Positions 20,043 to 37,604 of a stretch of 64,000 bases of DNA are shown piece by piece (position 1 is the first letter of the stretch; every line of letters begins with the position of its first letter). The notes beneath the pieces are model-generated. The model was given only the letters and a program-made list of their open reading frames with translations. It ran no database searches and was not told the origin of the DNA. The DNA lies in the NCBI GenBank assembly GCA_963748625.1, contig CAVVJT010000007.1:1088001-1152000 (forward strand), given 5' to 3'. The translations under genes were made by a program, and so were the position numbers. Origin of the DNA: an uncultured Chloroflexia bacterium. Its GTDB lineage: Bacteria; Chloroflexota; Limnocylindria; Limnocylindrales; CSP1-4.

Positions 20043-21196
20043 TCCGCCTTTCCCTGCCGGATGTTGACGCTCTGCATGACCCCGAGGCCGATCGCGATGG
20101 TCACCAGGGACGCGCCACCGTTGCTGATGAACGGGAGCGGGATACCGGTGACCGGCATGATCCCGATCACCATCCCGACATTCACGAACACCTGGAACAG
20201 AAGGGCGGACGCGAGACCCGCCCCGAACAGCGTCCCGAACGGGTCACGCGAGCGCCACGCGCTCGCGAGGATGCGCCAGATCAAGGCCACGAACAGGACG
20301 AACACCAGGAGCGCGCCGATGAACCCGAGCTCCTGGGCAAGGACGGCGAACACGAAGTCGGACTCGGCGACCGGCAGGAACTCCCCGCGGACATGCTGGC
20401 CGTTGGTGAGGCCCACGCCGAACGGGCCACCGGAGCCCACGGTGAGCTGGCTCTGGTACACCTGCCAGCAGGAGCCCTGGACATCGGTGCACGGGTTCAG
20501 GAACGACGTCAGGCGCTCCTTCTGGTAGTCACGGAGGACGTAGGTCCAGGCGATGGGGACGGCCGCCACGCCGGCCGCCACCATCAGCAGCAGCCAGCGC
20601 AGGCTGGCGCCGGACATGAAGAGCATGCCCGCCAGGATCGAGGCGAGCACCAGGGATGTGCCGAGGTCGGGCTGCAGCATCACGAGCACCAACGGCGGGC
20701 CCATCAGCAGGCACGCGCCCAGGATCGCCACGATGGAGTCCAGCCGGCCCTCCCGGTTCCCGAGGTACGTCGCGAGAACGATGATCATCAGGATCTTCGC
20801 GAGCTCGGAGAACTGGAACGTGAGCGGCCCCAGCCTGACCCAGCGGGCGGAACCTCCCACCCCGTCGCCGATGGCCAGCGTGAGCACGAGCAACCCGAGG
20901 TTCACGAAGTAGATCGGCCATGCGAGCGTCTTGAGCCAGCGGTAGTCGAAGGCCGTCATGGCGATGAAGACCACGATCGCGAGGGCCGCCCACATGAGGG
21001 CGCGTGAGAAGACGGTGCCCTCGGACAGGACCGACTGGCCCGCCTCGACGCTGTTCGTGTACGCCATCACCAGGCCGATGGCGCCCAGCAGGGCGGCGTA
21101 CGTCGTGAGCTGGAGGTCGTAGGCGCGCCACACCGCACCGACGGACTTCGCAGTCGCGCCGGCGAAGCGCCCGGGCTCGGCCCGCATCACGCGCAT
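20036..21196 (-). CDS. rodA: SEDS-family peptidoglycan glycosyltransferase RodA
   Basis: GSARW, FQFSELAK, LQPDLGT, SDFVFAV, PVTGIPLPFISNGG; downstream of PBP2. Confidence 0.93.
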   Translation of the reverse strand: MRVMRAEPGRFAGATAKSVGAVWRAYDLQLTTYAALLGAIGLVMAYTNSVEAGQSVLSEGTVFSRALMWAALAIVVFIAMTAFDYRWLKTLAWPIYFVNLGLLVLTLAIGDGVGGSARWVRLGPLTFQFSELAKILMIIVLATYLGNREGRLDSIVAILGACLLMGPPLVLVMLQPDLGTSLVLASILAGMLFMSGASLRWLLLMVAAGVAAVPIAWTYVLRDYQKERLTSFLNPCTDVQGSCWQVYQSQLTVGSGGPFGVGLTNGQHVRGEFLPVAESDFVFAVLAQELGFIGALLVFVLFVALIWRILASAWRSRDPFGTLFGAGLASALLFQVFVNVGMVIGIMPVTGIPLPFISNGGASLVTIAIGLGVMQSVNIRQGKAEW

Positions 21197-21209
21197 TCGA
21201 CGATGACCC

Positions 21210-23111
21210 CTAGTTGCTCTGGTAGAAGTTGCCGCGATCGAGGAGGTTGCGGTTCAGGTAGTCCTTCTTGATGTGATAGTGCAGCTGGAGGAACGCCTTG
21301 GCGATCTCTGTTCCAGCGTTGCCCTTGGTGCGGGAGTCGTACGCGAACGCGAGGAACACCAGCTCCGAGTCGGTCTTCGCGAAGTCCGCCTTGTAGGGAT
21401 CCTTGCCCACGAAGCCGACGAACCAGGAGTGGTAGGGCAGACGGCCCTTCTTGTCGCGCTCGCCGAACTCCGCGGTGCCTGACTTGCCGGCCACCTTCAC
21501 GGGCATGTCCACCAGGTTGTAGGTGTGGCGCAGGGTCACCGTGGACCGGCCCGCCAGCCGCATCGAGCGCAGCGTCTTCTGCGACACGGGCATCTTGCGG
21601 ATGAGCTCCGGCTTGAACTTCTTGATCACCGTCCCGTCCGGGCCGATGACCTCACGCACCACCTGCGGGCGGTACAGCTTGCCGCCGTTCGCGAGCGCGG
21701 CGTACGCGTTGATCAGCTGGATCGGGGTGACGACGTCATACCCCTGGCCGATGCCGGCCTGGTAGACCTCGCCCGCGAACATGGGCTGGCCGAGCGCGTC
21801 GATCTTCCACTGGTTGGAAGGGACGATGCCCGGGACCTCCCCAGTCAGGTCGATGCCGGTGGGCTTGCCGAAGCCGTACATCCGCCCCCAGTAGGCGAGG
21901 CGGTCGGCGCCCAGCATGCCGGCAACCTGGAAGAAGTACGTGTCCGACGAGTGCCCGAATCCGCAGTTCATGTCGCACAGGCCGAAGCCGCGCCGGTTCC
22001 AGTCGTAGTAGCGCGCGCCTGCCAGGGTGAGATAGCCCCTCGTGCGGATCAGGGTGCTGGCGGTGATCTTCTTGTCCTGGAGGCCGCCGGTGCCGGCGAC
22101 CAGCTTGTACGTGGAGCCGGGCGGGTAGTGGGCCTGGACCGCGTGGTTGGTCAGGGGCTTGTTCTTGTCGTTGACGAGCTTCTGGAAGTCGCGGTTCGAG
22201 ATGCCCTTCGCGAACAGGTTGTTGTCGTACGTGGGCAGGCTGACGAGGGCAAGCACCTCGCCGGTCTGCGGGTTCATGACGATGAACACGCCGCGCTTCA
22301 GGCCGGCCGCCTTCATGCCCCACTTGAGGGCCTGGGTGGCCTCCTTCTGGATCGTGCGATCGATAGTCAGCGTGAGGGACGCACCGGGGACGGACTGCTG
22401 GAGCGACTGCAGGACCTGGACGTCCTTGCCGGTCGCGTCCCGTTCGACCAGCTCGATGCCATAGGTGCCGCGAAGCTCTTCTTCGAAGGTGGCCTCGACA
22501 CCGGACTTGCCGATCAGGTCGTCCGCGAGATAGCCGCTGGCCTTGAGCCGCGCGTATCCGGCCGCATCAATGGGGCCCGTGTACCCGAGGATGTGCGACA
22601 TGAGCGCGCCGTCCGGGTACTCGCGCCGGGTCTCGACGGCGATGTGGACGCCGGGCAGGGCGTCCGACGACTCGGCGACGAGGCGGGCCGTCCCCTCCTC
22701 CACGTCCTGCGCAATCCGCACCGGGTCGAACCGGGAGCCGGGCGCAGCGTCGATGGTGGTCAGGATCTCGGCCGGGTCCAGCCCGAGCAGGCCGCCCAGG
22801 CGCTGGGCCACCTCGTCCCGGCGGCTGTACGGCAGCTCCGAGGGCGTGATCTTCACCGCGAAGGTCGCCACGTTGGTGACGAGCGGGCGGCCCTTCCGGT
22901 CGTAGATCAGGCCGCGCGGAGCCGGGACGGCCTCCTCCGCGGTCCGCTGCTCCTCCGCCTGCGCGGCCAGGCTCTGGCCGTTGTTGATCTGGAGGTAGGC
23001 GAGGCGGAGCGTGAGCAGGCCGAAGACAACGATGGTGATGACGCCGAAGGCGACGAAGCGCAGGGGCCGGCGGTCGCGATCAGGCTTCGAGCCCAGGTAT
23101 GTGCCGTTCAC
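21210..23111 (-). CDS. mrdA: Penicillin-binding protein 2
   Basis: APRGLIYDR; catalytic motifs STYK, SSD, KSG; between mreD and rodA. Confidence 0.95.
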   Translation of the reverse strand: MNGTYLGSKPDRDRRPLRFVAFGVITIVVFGLLTLRLAYLQINNGQSLAAQAEEQRTAEEAVPAPRGLIYDRKGRPLVTNVATFAVKITPSELPYSRRDEVAQRLGGLLGLDPAEILTTIDAAPGSRFDPVRIAQDVEEGTARLVAESSDALPGVHIAVETRREYPDGALMSHILGYTGPIDAAGYARLKASGYLADDLIGKSGVEATFEEELRGTYGIELVERDATGKDVQVLQSLQQSVPGASLTLTIDRTIQKEATQALKWGMKAAGLKRGVFIVMNPQTGEVLALVSLPTYDNNLFAKGISNRDFQKLVNDKNKPLTNHAVQAHYPPGSTYKLVAGTGGLQDKKITASTLIRTRGYLTLAGARYYDWNRRGFGLCDMNCGFGHSSDTYFFQVAGMLGADRLAYWGRMYGFGKPTGIDLTGEVPGIVPSNQWKIDALGQPMFAGEVYQAGIGQGYDVVTPIQLINAYAALANGGKLYRPQVVREVIGPDGTVIKKFKPELIRKMPVSQKTLRSMRLAGRSTVTLRHTYNLVDMPVKVAGKSGTAEFGERDKKGRLPYHSWFVGFVGKDPYKADFAKTDSELVFLAFAYDSRTKGNAGTEIAKAFLQLHYHIKKDYLNRNLLDRGNFYQSN

Positions 23112-23608
23112 CAGTCCATCCGCTCCTGGGCATGGCGGCGCACCACGATCGCAATGACGAACGGTCCGAGGATCGCCGCCACGATCGTGTCGTATACGGT
23201 CGAGGGCAGCACGGTTGAGAGCGCCGCCTCTGAGAGGGGCGCCGTGGTCAGCAGCGTGGTGGCGAACAGCAGGAGCAACTGGTAGACCGGACTTGCGACA
23301 GCGGTGGCGGCGATCGGGGCGATGATGCGGATCCTGGTGAGCGCCCCACCGATCAGGGATGCGATACCGACGGCGACGAGCAACGCGAAGGCCGACGAGC
23401 CAAGGGGGCGTTGCCCGAGGATGTCGAGCGCGATGCCGCCGACGAAGGCGAACGTCAAGCCGACTTCGAGACCACCCGCGATGGTCCAGATCACACCGAT
23501 GACGAGCACCGCATCAAGCGTCGCGTCACCGATCTGCAGATATGGGACGACCGTGAACTCGGCGAGCGCGGCCACCACGGCGAACGCCGCGGCGATGATG
23601 TGATGCAT
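23108..23608 (-). CDS. mreD: Rod shape-determining protein MreD
   Basis: 166 aa hydrophobic protein with AFVGGIALD...PLG; overlaps the mrdA start. Confidence 0.8.
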   Translation of the reverse strand: MHHIIAAAFAVVAALAEFTVVPYLQIGDATLDAVLVIGVIWTIAGGLEVGLTFAFVGGIALDILGQRPLGSSAFALLVAVGIASLIGGALTRIRIIAPIAATAVASPVYQLLLLFATTLLTTAPLSEAALSTVLPSTVYDTIVAAILGPFVIAIVVRRHAQERMDW

Positions 23609-23859
23609 GTGAGCGAACGATCCTCGGCTGACGAGCCGACGGTCGGGCCCAAGCCCTAGGCGACCGCGACGACGGGTGACAGCAAACGCAGCCCGAAGTA
23701 TCCCACGGGCCTCCAGAACGGGCAATCGCCGCCTAGTGGTCGCGCGCGGGAAGCCGTGCGGGCAGGGTCCATGCGCCCGGTCCAACTCACCGCACAGGAG
23801 GACTCCCACCTATCCGCGTGGATCGGCTACCGGGTCGCCGCGCGGGCCTGATCTCCGGT

Positions 23860-23875
23860 TGTTTCACGTGCAACA
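23860..23875. promoter_or_regulatory. parS: parS centromere site 1
   Basis: TGTTTCACGTGCAACA, one mismatch to the consensus TGTTTCACGTGAAACA; upstream of parAB. Confidence 0.9.
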
Positions 23876-23915
23876 TCGGCCGACTCGAGGCCCAGGCGGC
23901 GACTGCTGGGTCTGG

Positions 23916-23931
23916 TGTTTCACGTGCAACA
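23916..23931. promoter_or_regulatory. parS: parS centromere site 2
   Basis: Identical 16-mer TGTTTCACGTGCAACA, 56 bp from site 1. Confidence 0.9.
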
Positions 23932-24077
23932 CTCCAGTGTCGCGATACGAACCATCGGCCCGATGGGCCTCGGCGCACGGTTCTCCACAGCCCCCGTAAG
24001 TCACCGATACGCGGCAGGCGCGATCATGGCGCCCGCCATGCGGACACGCTCTGCTGGGTCGGGGAAAGGGCCTCCAA

Positions 24078-24086
24078 TGCTAGAAT
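24078..24086 (+). promoter_or_regulatory. Extended -10 promoter for parA
   Basis: TGcTAGAAT; GGAGG RBS precedes GTG 24122. Confidence 0.55.
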
Positions 24087-24121
24087 TGCCCTTCATGATC
24101 ACGATTGGAACGGGAGGCTGA

Positions 24122-24930
24122 GTGGGCCAGACGATCGCCTGCAGCAATCAGAAGGGCGGCGTCGGGAAGACCACCACTGTGGTCAATCTCGCAACCTATC
24201 TGGCTCTCCTCGGTGACAGCGTCCTGGTCATCGACCTCGATCCCCAGGGCAATGCGACGAGCGGCTTCGGCATCGACAAGGCCGCCGTCACCGGCTCGAT
24301 CTACGACGCGCTCGTAGGCGGTCGGGCCCTCGCGGAGCTGCACATTCCCACCGCCGTGGACGGCCTCCGCATCGTGCCATCCTCGATCGCGCTCGCCGGT
24401 GCCGAGGTGGAGCTGGTGAACGAGGAGGGGCGCGAGCGGCGCCTCGCCCGGGCGATCGCTGCCGAGCGCGAGGCGTGGGACTGGATCATCGTCGACTGCC
24501 CGCCGTCGCTCGGCCTGCTCACGGTCAACGCCCTCACCGGTACGGACGCCGTGCTGATCCCGCTGCAGTGCGAGTACTACGCGCTTGAAGGCCTGAGCCA
24601 GCTGCTCGCGACGGTCAACCTGGTGCGCGATCACCTCAACCCGGAGCTCGGGATCTCGGGCGTGGTGCTGACGATGTACGACGCGCGCACCAGGCTCTCG
24701 GCAGAAGTCGCCAACGAGGTGCGCAGCCACCTCGCCGACGCCGTCTTCGACACGATCGTCCCGCGCAGCGTGCGCCTGTCCGAGGCGCCAAGCCACGGCA
24801 AGCCGATCGCCCTCTACCGGCCGGATTCCAAGGGCGCCGAGGCGTATGAGGCCCTCGCCCATGAACTGCGCGCACGCCGCGATGCAGCAGCAGCGGCAGT
24901 GCCAGCAACCGCAGCTGCGGGAGCCGCCGC

Positions 24931-24934
<4 letters not shown>
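24122..24934 (+). CDS. parA: ParA/Soj ATPase
   Basis: NQKGGVGKTT, DLDPQGNAT, DCPPSLG, QCEYYALEG. Confidence 0.97.
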
Positions 24935-28274
<3,340 letters not shown>

Positions 28275-28278
<4 letters not shown>

Positions 28279-29264
28279 GCAGCGCGACCGTGAGCCCCAC
28301 CACGGAGCGCGCCCGCGCACTCGTCGCGGAGCGATCCGCCGATGCGCTCGCCCTCGGGCGCCGGGCAGGCGATCTCGTCGGCAGCCCGGCGGAGCTGGTG
28401 GCCGAGCTCCGGACGGGCCTCTCGCTCCTCGCCGATCCTGCGTACCTCGAAGGCCAGCGGCGCGTGGCGCCGGGCATCGGGCTGATCGCCGGCGTCCGCC
28501 AGCCGCTCCTCGCACAGGTCTCGCGAGGCCTCCGCTCGGCGACCCGCCGCGATCGCCCCTCCACCCTGATCGGGGTCGCCCAGGCGATGCTCAGGGACCC
28601 CCTCCTGGAGCTCCACTGGCTCGCCTTCGACCTGCTCGAGCGCACGATCGGGGCAGAGCCCGAGATCACCTGGCAGCTTGTCCGCGCGGAGAGCCGTCGC
28701 GCCGCGGACTGGATCACCGTGGACAACCTGGCCCACGTGGCCGGACGCGGGGTCCTCGCCGAGCCCTACCGCTGGGCGGAGCTCGAGCAGCTCGTCTACT
28801 CCCCGTCGCGCTGGGAGCGCCGCCTGGCCGGCTCCACGGTCGCAACGATCCCGACCGTGAACCGCGAGGCCGGCCGCACGCGTGATGTCGCCCGCCACGG
28901 CCTCGAGATCGTCGGCCAGCTCATCGGCGACCCCGAGCCCGACGTCCAGAAGGCGCTGGCCTGGGCCCTGCGCTCGATGTCGGCCATCGCACCCGATGCC
29001 GCCGAGGCGTTCCTGCGCCGGGAGGCGGACATCGCGCGCACGAAGGCTGACGGCGCCCGAGCCTGGGTCATCCGCGACGGGTCCACCAAGCTGCCGGCGC
29101 CGGCCCGCGCGGACCTCCTTCTCGCCGTTGCCGGCCTCCGCCGCATCCCCGGCGCCCGGAACACCTCCCGCGCCGCCACGGCCGCGCACGACTTCCTCCA
29201 CCTCGGCCTCGCGGTCCCGCCGGCCGAGCGGACCACCATCGACCGATCCTCACCACCCGCCTGA
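28275..29264 (+). CDS. DNA alkylation repair protein (AlkD-like HEAT repeat)
   Basis: GVR, DWITVDNLA, WERR, DVQKALAWALR motifs. Confidence 0.75.
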
Positions 29265-29289
29265 CCTTCACCGGTAGGAGAGCCACCAC

Positions 29290-31860
29290 GTGACCGACGA
29301 CATGGGCGACGTTCGAGCCATCCGCATCGAGGACGAGATGCGCGTCTCGTACCTCGACTATGCGATGAGCGTCATCGTCGCTCGCGCGCTGCCGGACGTG
29401 CGCGACGGCCTCAAGCCCGTGCACCGGCGGATCCTCTACACGATGGGCGAGATGGGGTTGTCCGCCACCAGCTCCTACCGCAAGTGCGCCGCCATCGTCG
29501 GCGAGGTCATGGGCAAGTACCACCCGCACGGTGACGTCGCGCTGTACGACGCGCTGGTGCGCCTGGCCCAGGACTTCTCGCTGCGCTACCCGCTGGTGGA
29601 CGGCCAGGGCAACTTCGGCTCCATCGACGGCGACTCGGCCGCTGCCATGCGCTACACCGAGGCCCGCCTCACGGCGATCTCGGCCGAGATGCTCGCCGAC
29701 ATCGACAAGAACACGGTCGACTATGTCGACAACTACGACGGCACCCACAAGGAGCCGACGGTCCTGCCGGCCAAGCTGCCGAACCTGCTGATCAACGGCT
29801 CGTCGGGGATCGCGGTCGGCATGGCCACCAACATCCCGCCGCACCACCTGGGCGAGGTGGTGGACGCCACGATCGCCTACATCGAAGACCCGACCATCAC
29901 CAATGACGACCTGTGCAGGATCGTCAGGGGTCCGGACTTCCCCACCGGCGCCTCGATCTTCCGGTACGAGACCCGTCGCAACTCGCTGACCGGCGAGCAG
30001 GAGACCGTGGACGCGATCCGCGAGATGTACGCCCACGGCCACGGCCGGGTCGTGATGCGGGCGCAGGTCGCCTTCGAGGAGACCCGCCTCGACCGGACCG
30101 CGATCATCGTCACCGAGCTCCCCTACCAGGTGAACAAGGCGACGCTGCTCGAGAAGATCGCGGACCTCGTCAAGGACAAGAAGATGGAGGGCATCAGCGA
30201 CCTCCGCGACGAGTCCGACCGCGACGGCATGCGGATCTACATCGAGATCAAGCGGGACGCCAACCCGCACAAGGTGCTGAACAACCTGTTCAAGCACACG
30301 GCGCTCCAGACGACCTTCAACCTCAACCTGCTGGCGCTGGTGGACGGCCAGCCGCAGACCCTGCCGCTCAAGGGCGTCATCAGCCACTACACCGACCACC
30401 GGCGCGAGATCGTGACCCGCCGGACGCAGTTCGACCTCGAGAAGGCGCGCGCCCGGGCCCACATCCTCGAAGGCCTCAAGATCGCGCTCGACAACCTCGA
30501 TGCGGTGATCGCGCTCATCCGGGCCTCGGCGGACACGCCCACCGCGCGCACCGGCCTCATGGACACCTTCGGTCTCTCCGAGCTCCAGGCCGACGCGATC
30601 CTGGACCTGCGCCTCGCCCGCCTGGCCGCCCTCGAGCGCCAGAAGATCGAGGACGAGTACCTCTCGGTCATCCAGCTCATCGCCGAGCTCGAGGACATCC
30701 TGGCCAACCCGGCCCGGGTGCTCGCGATCATCAGGGACGAGCTCGAGTTCCTCAAGAAGAAGTACGCGGGCGAGCGCCGCACCAGGGTGGTGGACGACTC
30801 CAGCCGCGAGATGACCGACGAGGACCTGATCGCCGACGAGGACGTCGTCGTCACGATCAGCCGGCGCGGCTACATCAAGCGCCAGCCGGTCGCCACCTAC
30901 CGCCGCCAGCATCGGGGCGGCAAGGGGATCATCGGCCACGTGACCCGCGAGGAGGACGCCGTCGAGCACCTCCTTGCCGCGAACACCCACGACTGGGCGC
31001 TGTTCTTCACCAACCGCGGTCGCGTGTTCAGCGCCAAGGTCCACTCCATCCCCGACGCCAGCCGCCAGGCCAAGGGCATGGCGATCATCAACCTCCCGGG
31101 CGTCCAGGTGGAGTCCGGCGAGGTGCCGGTGGCCACGATCTGCCTGCCCAACTTCGAGCCCGGCCACTTCCTGGTGCTCGCCACCCGGCGCGGCATCATC
31201 AAGAAGACCCCGCTCGAGCAGTTCGAGCGCGTCCGCTCCACCGGCATCCGTGCGATCACCATCGCGGACGCCGACGAGCTCGCGTGGGTCTCGGTCTCGG
31301 CCGGTGAGGACGACGTGATCATCGCCACCAACCAGGGCATGCTCGCCCGGTTCCACGAGGACGAGGTCCGGCCGATGGGCCGCGACGCGGCCGGCGTGAT
31401 CGGCATCCGGCTTGCCCGCCAGGGTGACGCGGTCGTGTCGATGAGCGTCGTGGAGCCCGAGTCCGATCTCCTCGTGCTGACGGAGACCGGGTATGGCAAG
31501 CGGGTCCCGCTCTCCGAGTTCCGCGTGAAGCACCGCGGCGGGCAGGGCGTCCGCCTGATCGCCCTCGAAGGGCGCAAGACCGGCCTCGTGGCGGCTGTCC
31601 AGCAGGTCAAGGAGACCGACGAGGAGCTGGTGCTCATCTCGGCCGGCGGCCAGGTGATCCGCACCGATGTCAAGAGCGTCAACCGCTACTCGTCGGGCGC
31701 GCGTGGCGTGATCGTCATGCGCCTCTCCGATGGCGACACCGTGGCGGCCATCGCTGCCTTCCAGTTGGGGCTGGCGGACCGGGGTGCCATGGGCGACAAT
31801 GACGACCCCGCGCCGACCGACGGCGGGTCGCAGGACGGCGGGACGGGACGCTCGGAATGA
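29290..31860 (+). CDS. gyrA: DNA gyrase subunit A
   Basis: [23 protein letters not shown], GyrA-box QHRGGKG. Confidence 0.97.
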   Translation: MTDDMGDVRAIRIEDEMRVSYLDYAMSVIVARALPDVRDGLKPVHRRILYTMGEMGLSATSSYRKCAAIVGEVMGKYHPHGDVALYDALVRLAQDFSLRYPLVDGQGNFGSIDGDSAAAMRYTEARLTAISAEMLADIDKNTVDYVDNYDGTHKEPTVLPAKLPNLLINGSSGIAVGMATNIPPHHLGEVVDATIAYIEDPTITNDDLCRIVRGPDFPTGASIFRYETRRNSLTGEQETVDAIREMYAHGHGRVVMRAQVAFEETRLDRTAIIVTELPYQVNKATLLEKIADLVKDKKMEGISDLRDESDRDGMRIYIEIKRDANPHKVLNNLFKHTALQTTFNLNLLALVDGQPQTLPLKGVISHYTDHRREIVTRRTQFDLEKARARAHILEGLKIALDNLDAVIALIRASADTPTARTGLMDTFGLSELQADAILDLRLARLAALERQKIEDEYLSVIQLIAELEDILANPARVLAIIRDELEFLKKKYAGERRTRVVDDSSREMTDEDLIADEDVVVTISRRGYIKRQPVATYRRQHRGGKGIIGHVTREEDAVEHLLAANTHDWALFFTNRGRVFSAKVHSIPDASRQAKGMAIINLPGVQVESGEVPVATICLPNFEPGHFLVLATRRGIIKKTPLEQFERVRSTGIRAITIADADELAWVSVSAGEDDVIIATNQGMLARFHEDEVRPMGRDAAGVIGIRLARQGDAVVSMSVVEPESDLLVLTETGYGKRVPLSEFRVKHRGGQGVRLIALEGRKTGLVAAVQQVKETDEELVLISAGGQVIRTDVKSVNRYSSGARGVIVMRLSDGDTVAAIAAFQLGLADRGAMGDNDDPAPTDGGSQDGGTGRSE

Positions 31861-32939
31861 CCGCCTTCGGTGCGAGGGAGGCCGGGATGCTCGCGGACCA
31901 GTACGAGATCTACCACGGCAACGCCAACCCCGAGCTTGCGCGCAAGATCGCGCACTGGCTTGGCTCCGAGCCGGGGCGGGCCGAGGTGTTCGAGTTCGCG
32001 AACGAGAACATCTTCGTGCGGATCCTGGACAACGTCCGCGAGAAGGACATCTTCCTCGTCCAGCCCACCAGCCGGCCGGTCAACCAGTCGATCATGGAGC
32101 TCCTGATCATGATCGACGCCTTCAAGCGGGCGTCCGCCGGGCGGATCACGGCCGTGGTGCCGTACTACGCCTACGGCCGCTCGGACAAGAAGGACCAGCC
32201 CCGCGTCCCGATCACCGCACGGCTCATCGCAGACATGATCACCGTGGCCGGCGCCGACCGGATGCTGACGATGGACCTCCACCAGGGCCAGATCCAGGGC
32301 TTCTTCAACATCCCGGTGGACGAGCTGACGGCTGTGCACATGCTCAGCCGCTACTTCATCGAGAAGGGCCTCGGGGACGCGGTGGTCGTCACGGACCTCG
32401 GCTTCGCCAAACGCGCCCGCGCCTTCGCGGAACTGCTCGACGCACCGCTCGCGATCGTGGAGAAGCGCCGCCATGGCAACCTTGACCGCGCCGAGGTCAT
32501 CAACGTCATCGGTGAGGTGAAGGACCGCCGGGTCATCATCATCGACGACGAGATCGACACTGCCGGCACCCTGATCGAGATCTCCCGGGCGCTCGAGAAG
32601 GCCGGTGCCCTCGACATCCACGCCTGCGCCACCCACGGTGTCCTGTCCGATCCGGCCATCGACCGCATCACGAGCTCCAACCTCGAGGAGGTCGTGGTCA
32701 CGGACACCATCCCGCTGCCTGCCCACAAGCACATCCCGCGGATCAAGGTCCTGTCCGTCGCACCGCTCATCGGCGAGGCCATCAAGCGCATCCACCGCGG
32801 CGAGTCCGTGGGCGCCCTCTTCTCATCGGAGGTCTCGTTCACGCAGGAGATGCTCCTCTGGGAGGACGGGCTGCAAGGCCCCTCGCGCGAGGCCGAGGAC
32901 GACGTACCATCACCGCTGACCACGCCGGCGGGCGCCTAG
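31857..32939 (+). CDS. prs: Ribose-phosphate pyrophosphokinase
   Basis: [36 protein letters not shown]. Confidence 0.95.
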   Translation: MTAFGAREAGMLADQYEIYHGNANPELARKIAHWLGSEPGRAEVFEFANENIFVRILDNVREKDIFLVQPTSRPVNQSIMELLIMIDAFKRASAGRITAVVPYYAYGRSDKKDQPRVPITARLIADMITVAGADRMLTMDLHQGQIQGFFNIPVDELTAVHMLSRYFIEKGLGDAVVVTDLGFAKRARAFAELLDAPLAIVEKRRHGNLDRAEVINVIGEVKDRRVIIIDDEIDTAGTLIEISRALEKAGALDIHACATHGVLSDPAIDRITSSNLEEVVVTDTIPLPAHKHIPRIKVLSVAPLIGEAIKRIHRGESVGALFSSEVSFTQEMLLWEDGLQGPSREAEDDVPSPLTTPAGA

Positions 32940-32961
32940 GGCCCGCCCAGAACGGAGATCC

Positions 32962-33210
32962 ATGACCCTGCAGCAGGCCCCGGGCGCCAAGCCGACCCAG
33001 GGCGACGCCGACACGGACTATCGCGACCAGCTGCGGAACCCGCGCTGGGGCAAGGCGCTCAAGGGCGGCCGCCTGCCCGAGATGGCCAACTCCGAGATGA
33101 ACCCCACCTCGACCGGCCGTGCGGTCGCCTTCTGGCTGGTGCTGGGGATCCTCACCTTCGTGATCATCGTGGCCGGCTACACGGTCAACCTGTGGAGCTT
33201 CGCCTCCTAG
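32962..33210 (+). CDS. Small hypothetical membrane protein (one C-terminal TM)
   Basis: GGAG RBS, high-GC3 codons, hydrophobic AVAFWLVLGILTFVIIVAGY. Confidence 0.75.
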   Translation: MTLQQAPGAKPTQGDADTDYRDQLRNPRWGKALKGGRLPEMANSEMNPTSTGRAVAFWLVLGILTFVIIVAGYTVNLWSFAS

Positions 33211-33247
33211 GGAACCGCGGCTGCCGCTCCGGCGTCCGGAGGGCACC

Positions 33248-33436
33248 ATGACCCGAGCGCTGATCTGCACCGGCGTCCTCGGCGGTGGCACCGCCGTCGT
33301 CTTCGCGCTCGCGCTCGCCGTCTCCGTCCTCTTCCCGCAGGGCTCCCTCGTGCCCATGGGCTGGAACGGGGGCTGGGGCAATCCCGTGCCGATGGTCATG
33401 GGCGGCAACGTCTGGACCAACGACGTCTTCATGTGA
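33248..33436 (+). CDS. Small hypothetical membrane protein (paralogue 1)
   Basis: GGAGG RBS; similar to the next ORF. Confidence 0.7.
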   Translation: MTRALICTGVLGGGTAVVFALALAVSVLFPQGSLVPMGWNGGWGNPVPMVMGGNVWTNDVFM

Positions 33437-33478
33437 GCCCGCGGTCCCCGTTCCCGCACCCGTGGAGGCCGAGTCCTG

Positions 33479-33694
33479 ATGCGCGATGCGGCGGTGGTGG
33501 GCGGCGTGCTGGGGGCGGGCTGTGTGGTCGTCTTCGTCCTGGCCGCCCTCGCCTCGATGCTGTTCCCCAACGGGACGCTGGTCAGCCCCGGCTTCTGGGG
33601 TGGCGGCAAGATCATGGTCGACCAGGCGATGCCCGCGGTCGAGCCGGCGATCCTCGACGTGCCGGCCGACGGCGCGGAGGGCGCCGAGAAGTAG
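33479..33694 (+). CDS. Small hypothetical membrane protein (paralogue 2)
   Basis: GGAGG upstream; shares GVLGxGxxVVFxLAxxxSxLFPxGxLV with the previous ORF. Confidence 0.7.
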   Translation: MRDAAVVGGVLGAGCVVVFVLAALASMLFPNGTLVSPGFWGGGKIMVDQAMPAVEPAILDVPADGAEGAEK

Positions 33695-33749
33695 CGCCGG
33701 ACCCGCGTGCACGGGGTCCGAGGGCGCCTGACCCTATACTCACCCGGCC

Positions 33750-36893
<3,144 letters not shown>

Positions 36894-36919
36894 CCAGCCG
36901 CAGCGTCGGGCGGGATCTC

Positions 36920-37522
36920 ATGCGCATCGCAGTCATCGGCGGCCTGCTGGTCGTCCTCGCCGCTGGAGCGGCGACGCTGCGCATCTGGCACCAGGGCACC
37001 ACGGACGAGCAGCGCCCCGTGGATGCCATCGTGGTGCTCGGGGCGGCCCAGTACGACGGGCGTCCCTCGCCTGTCTTCGAGGCGCGCCTGGAGCACGCGG
37101 TACAGCTCTGGCACACCGGGATCGCCGATGCGTTCGTGGTGACAGGCGGCAAGCTCGCCGGCGATCGCACCACCGAGGCTGCCGTGGCTCGTGCCTACGC
37201 GATCGAGCACGGTGTGCCGGCCACGGCCATCTTCGGCGAGGACACGGCGCACAACACCCTGACCTCTCTCCGTGCGGTCAACGACCTCCTGGGGGAGCGC
37301 GGGATGACGTCTGCGGTCTTCGTGTCGGATCCGACGCACATGCTGCGCGTCCTGCGCATCGCGGACGACCTGGGCATCGACGCCTACGGATCGCCTACGA
37401 CCACGTCCCCCGTCTGGGATGACCCGATGCGCACGCTGGAAGCGACCATCCATGAGCTGGGCGCGCTCGCGGTGTACTTCGTGACGGGTGGCGCGCCGTC
37501 CGTGGAGCAGTCCGGCCGCTGA
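36920..37522 (+). CDS. YdcF/DUF218 family protein
   Basis: DAIVVLGAAQYDGRPSP..RL, VTGG, TEA, VSDPTHMLR. Confidence 0.9.
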   Translation: MRIAVIGGLLVVLAAGAATLRIWHQGTTDEQRPVDAIVVLGAAQYDGRPSPVFEARLEHAVQLWHTGIADAFVVTGGKLAGDRTTEAAVARAYAIEHGVPATAIFGEDTAHNTLTSLRAVNDLLGERGMTSAVFVSDPTHMLRVLRIADDLGIDAYGSPTTTSPVWDDPMRTLEATIHELGALAVYFVTGGAPSVEQSGR

Positions 37523-37604
37523 CAGGCTCGGGGACCGCGCCCACCCCTGGGTCAGTGGTCCATCTCGCGTTGCGGAGCGGGTGGCGCCGCACTATCGTCG
37601 GACC

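Noticed and set aside
23610-24120. oriC
   Set aside because: Only one convincing DnaA-box-like 9-mer, no AT-rich unwinding element and no dnaA.
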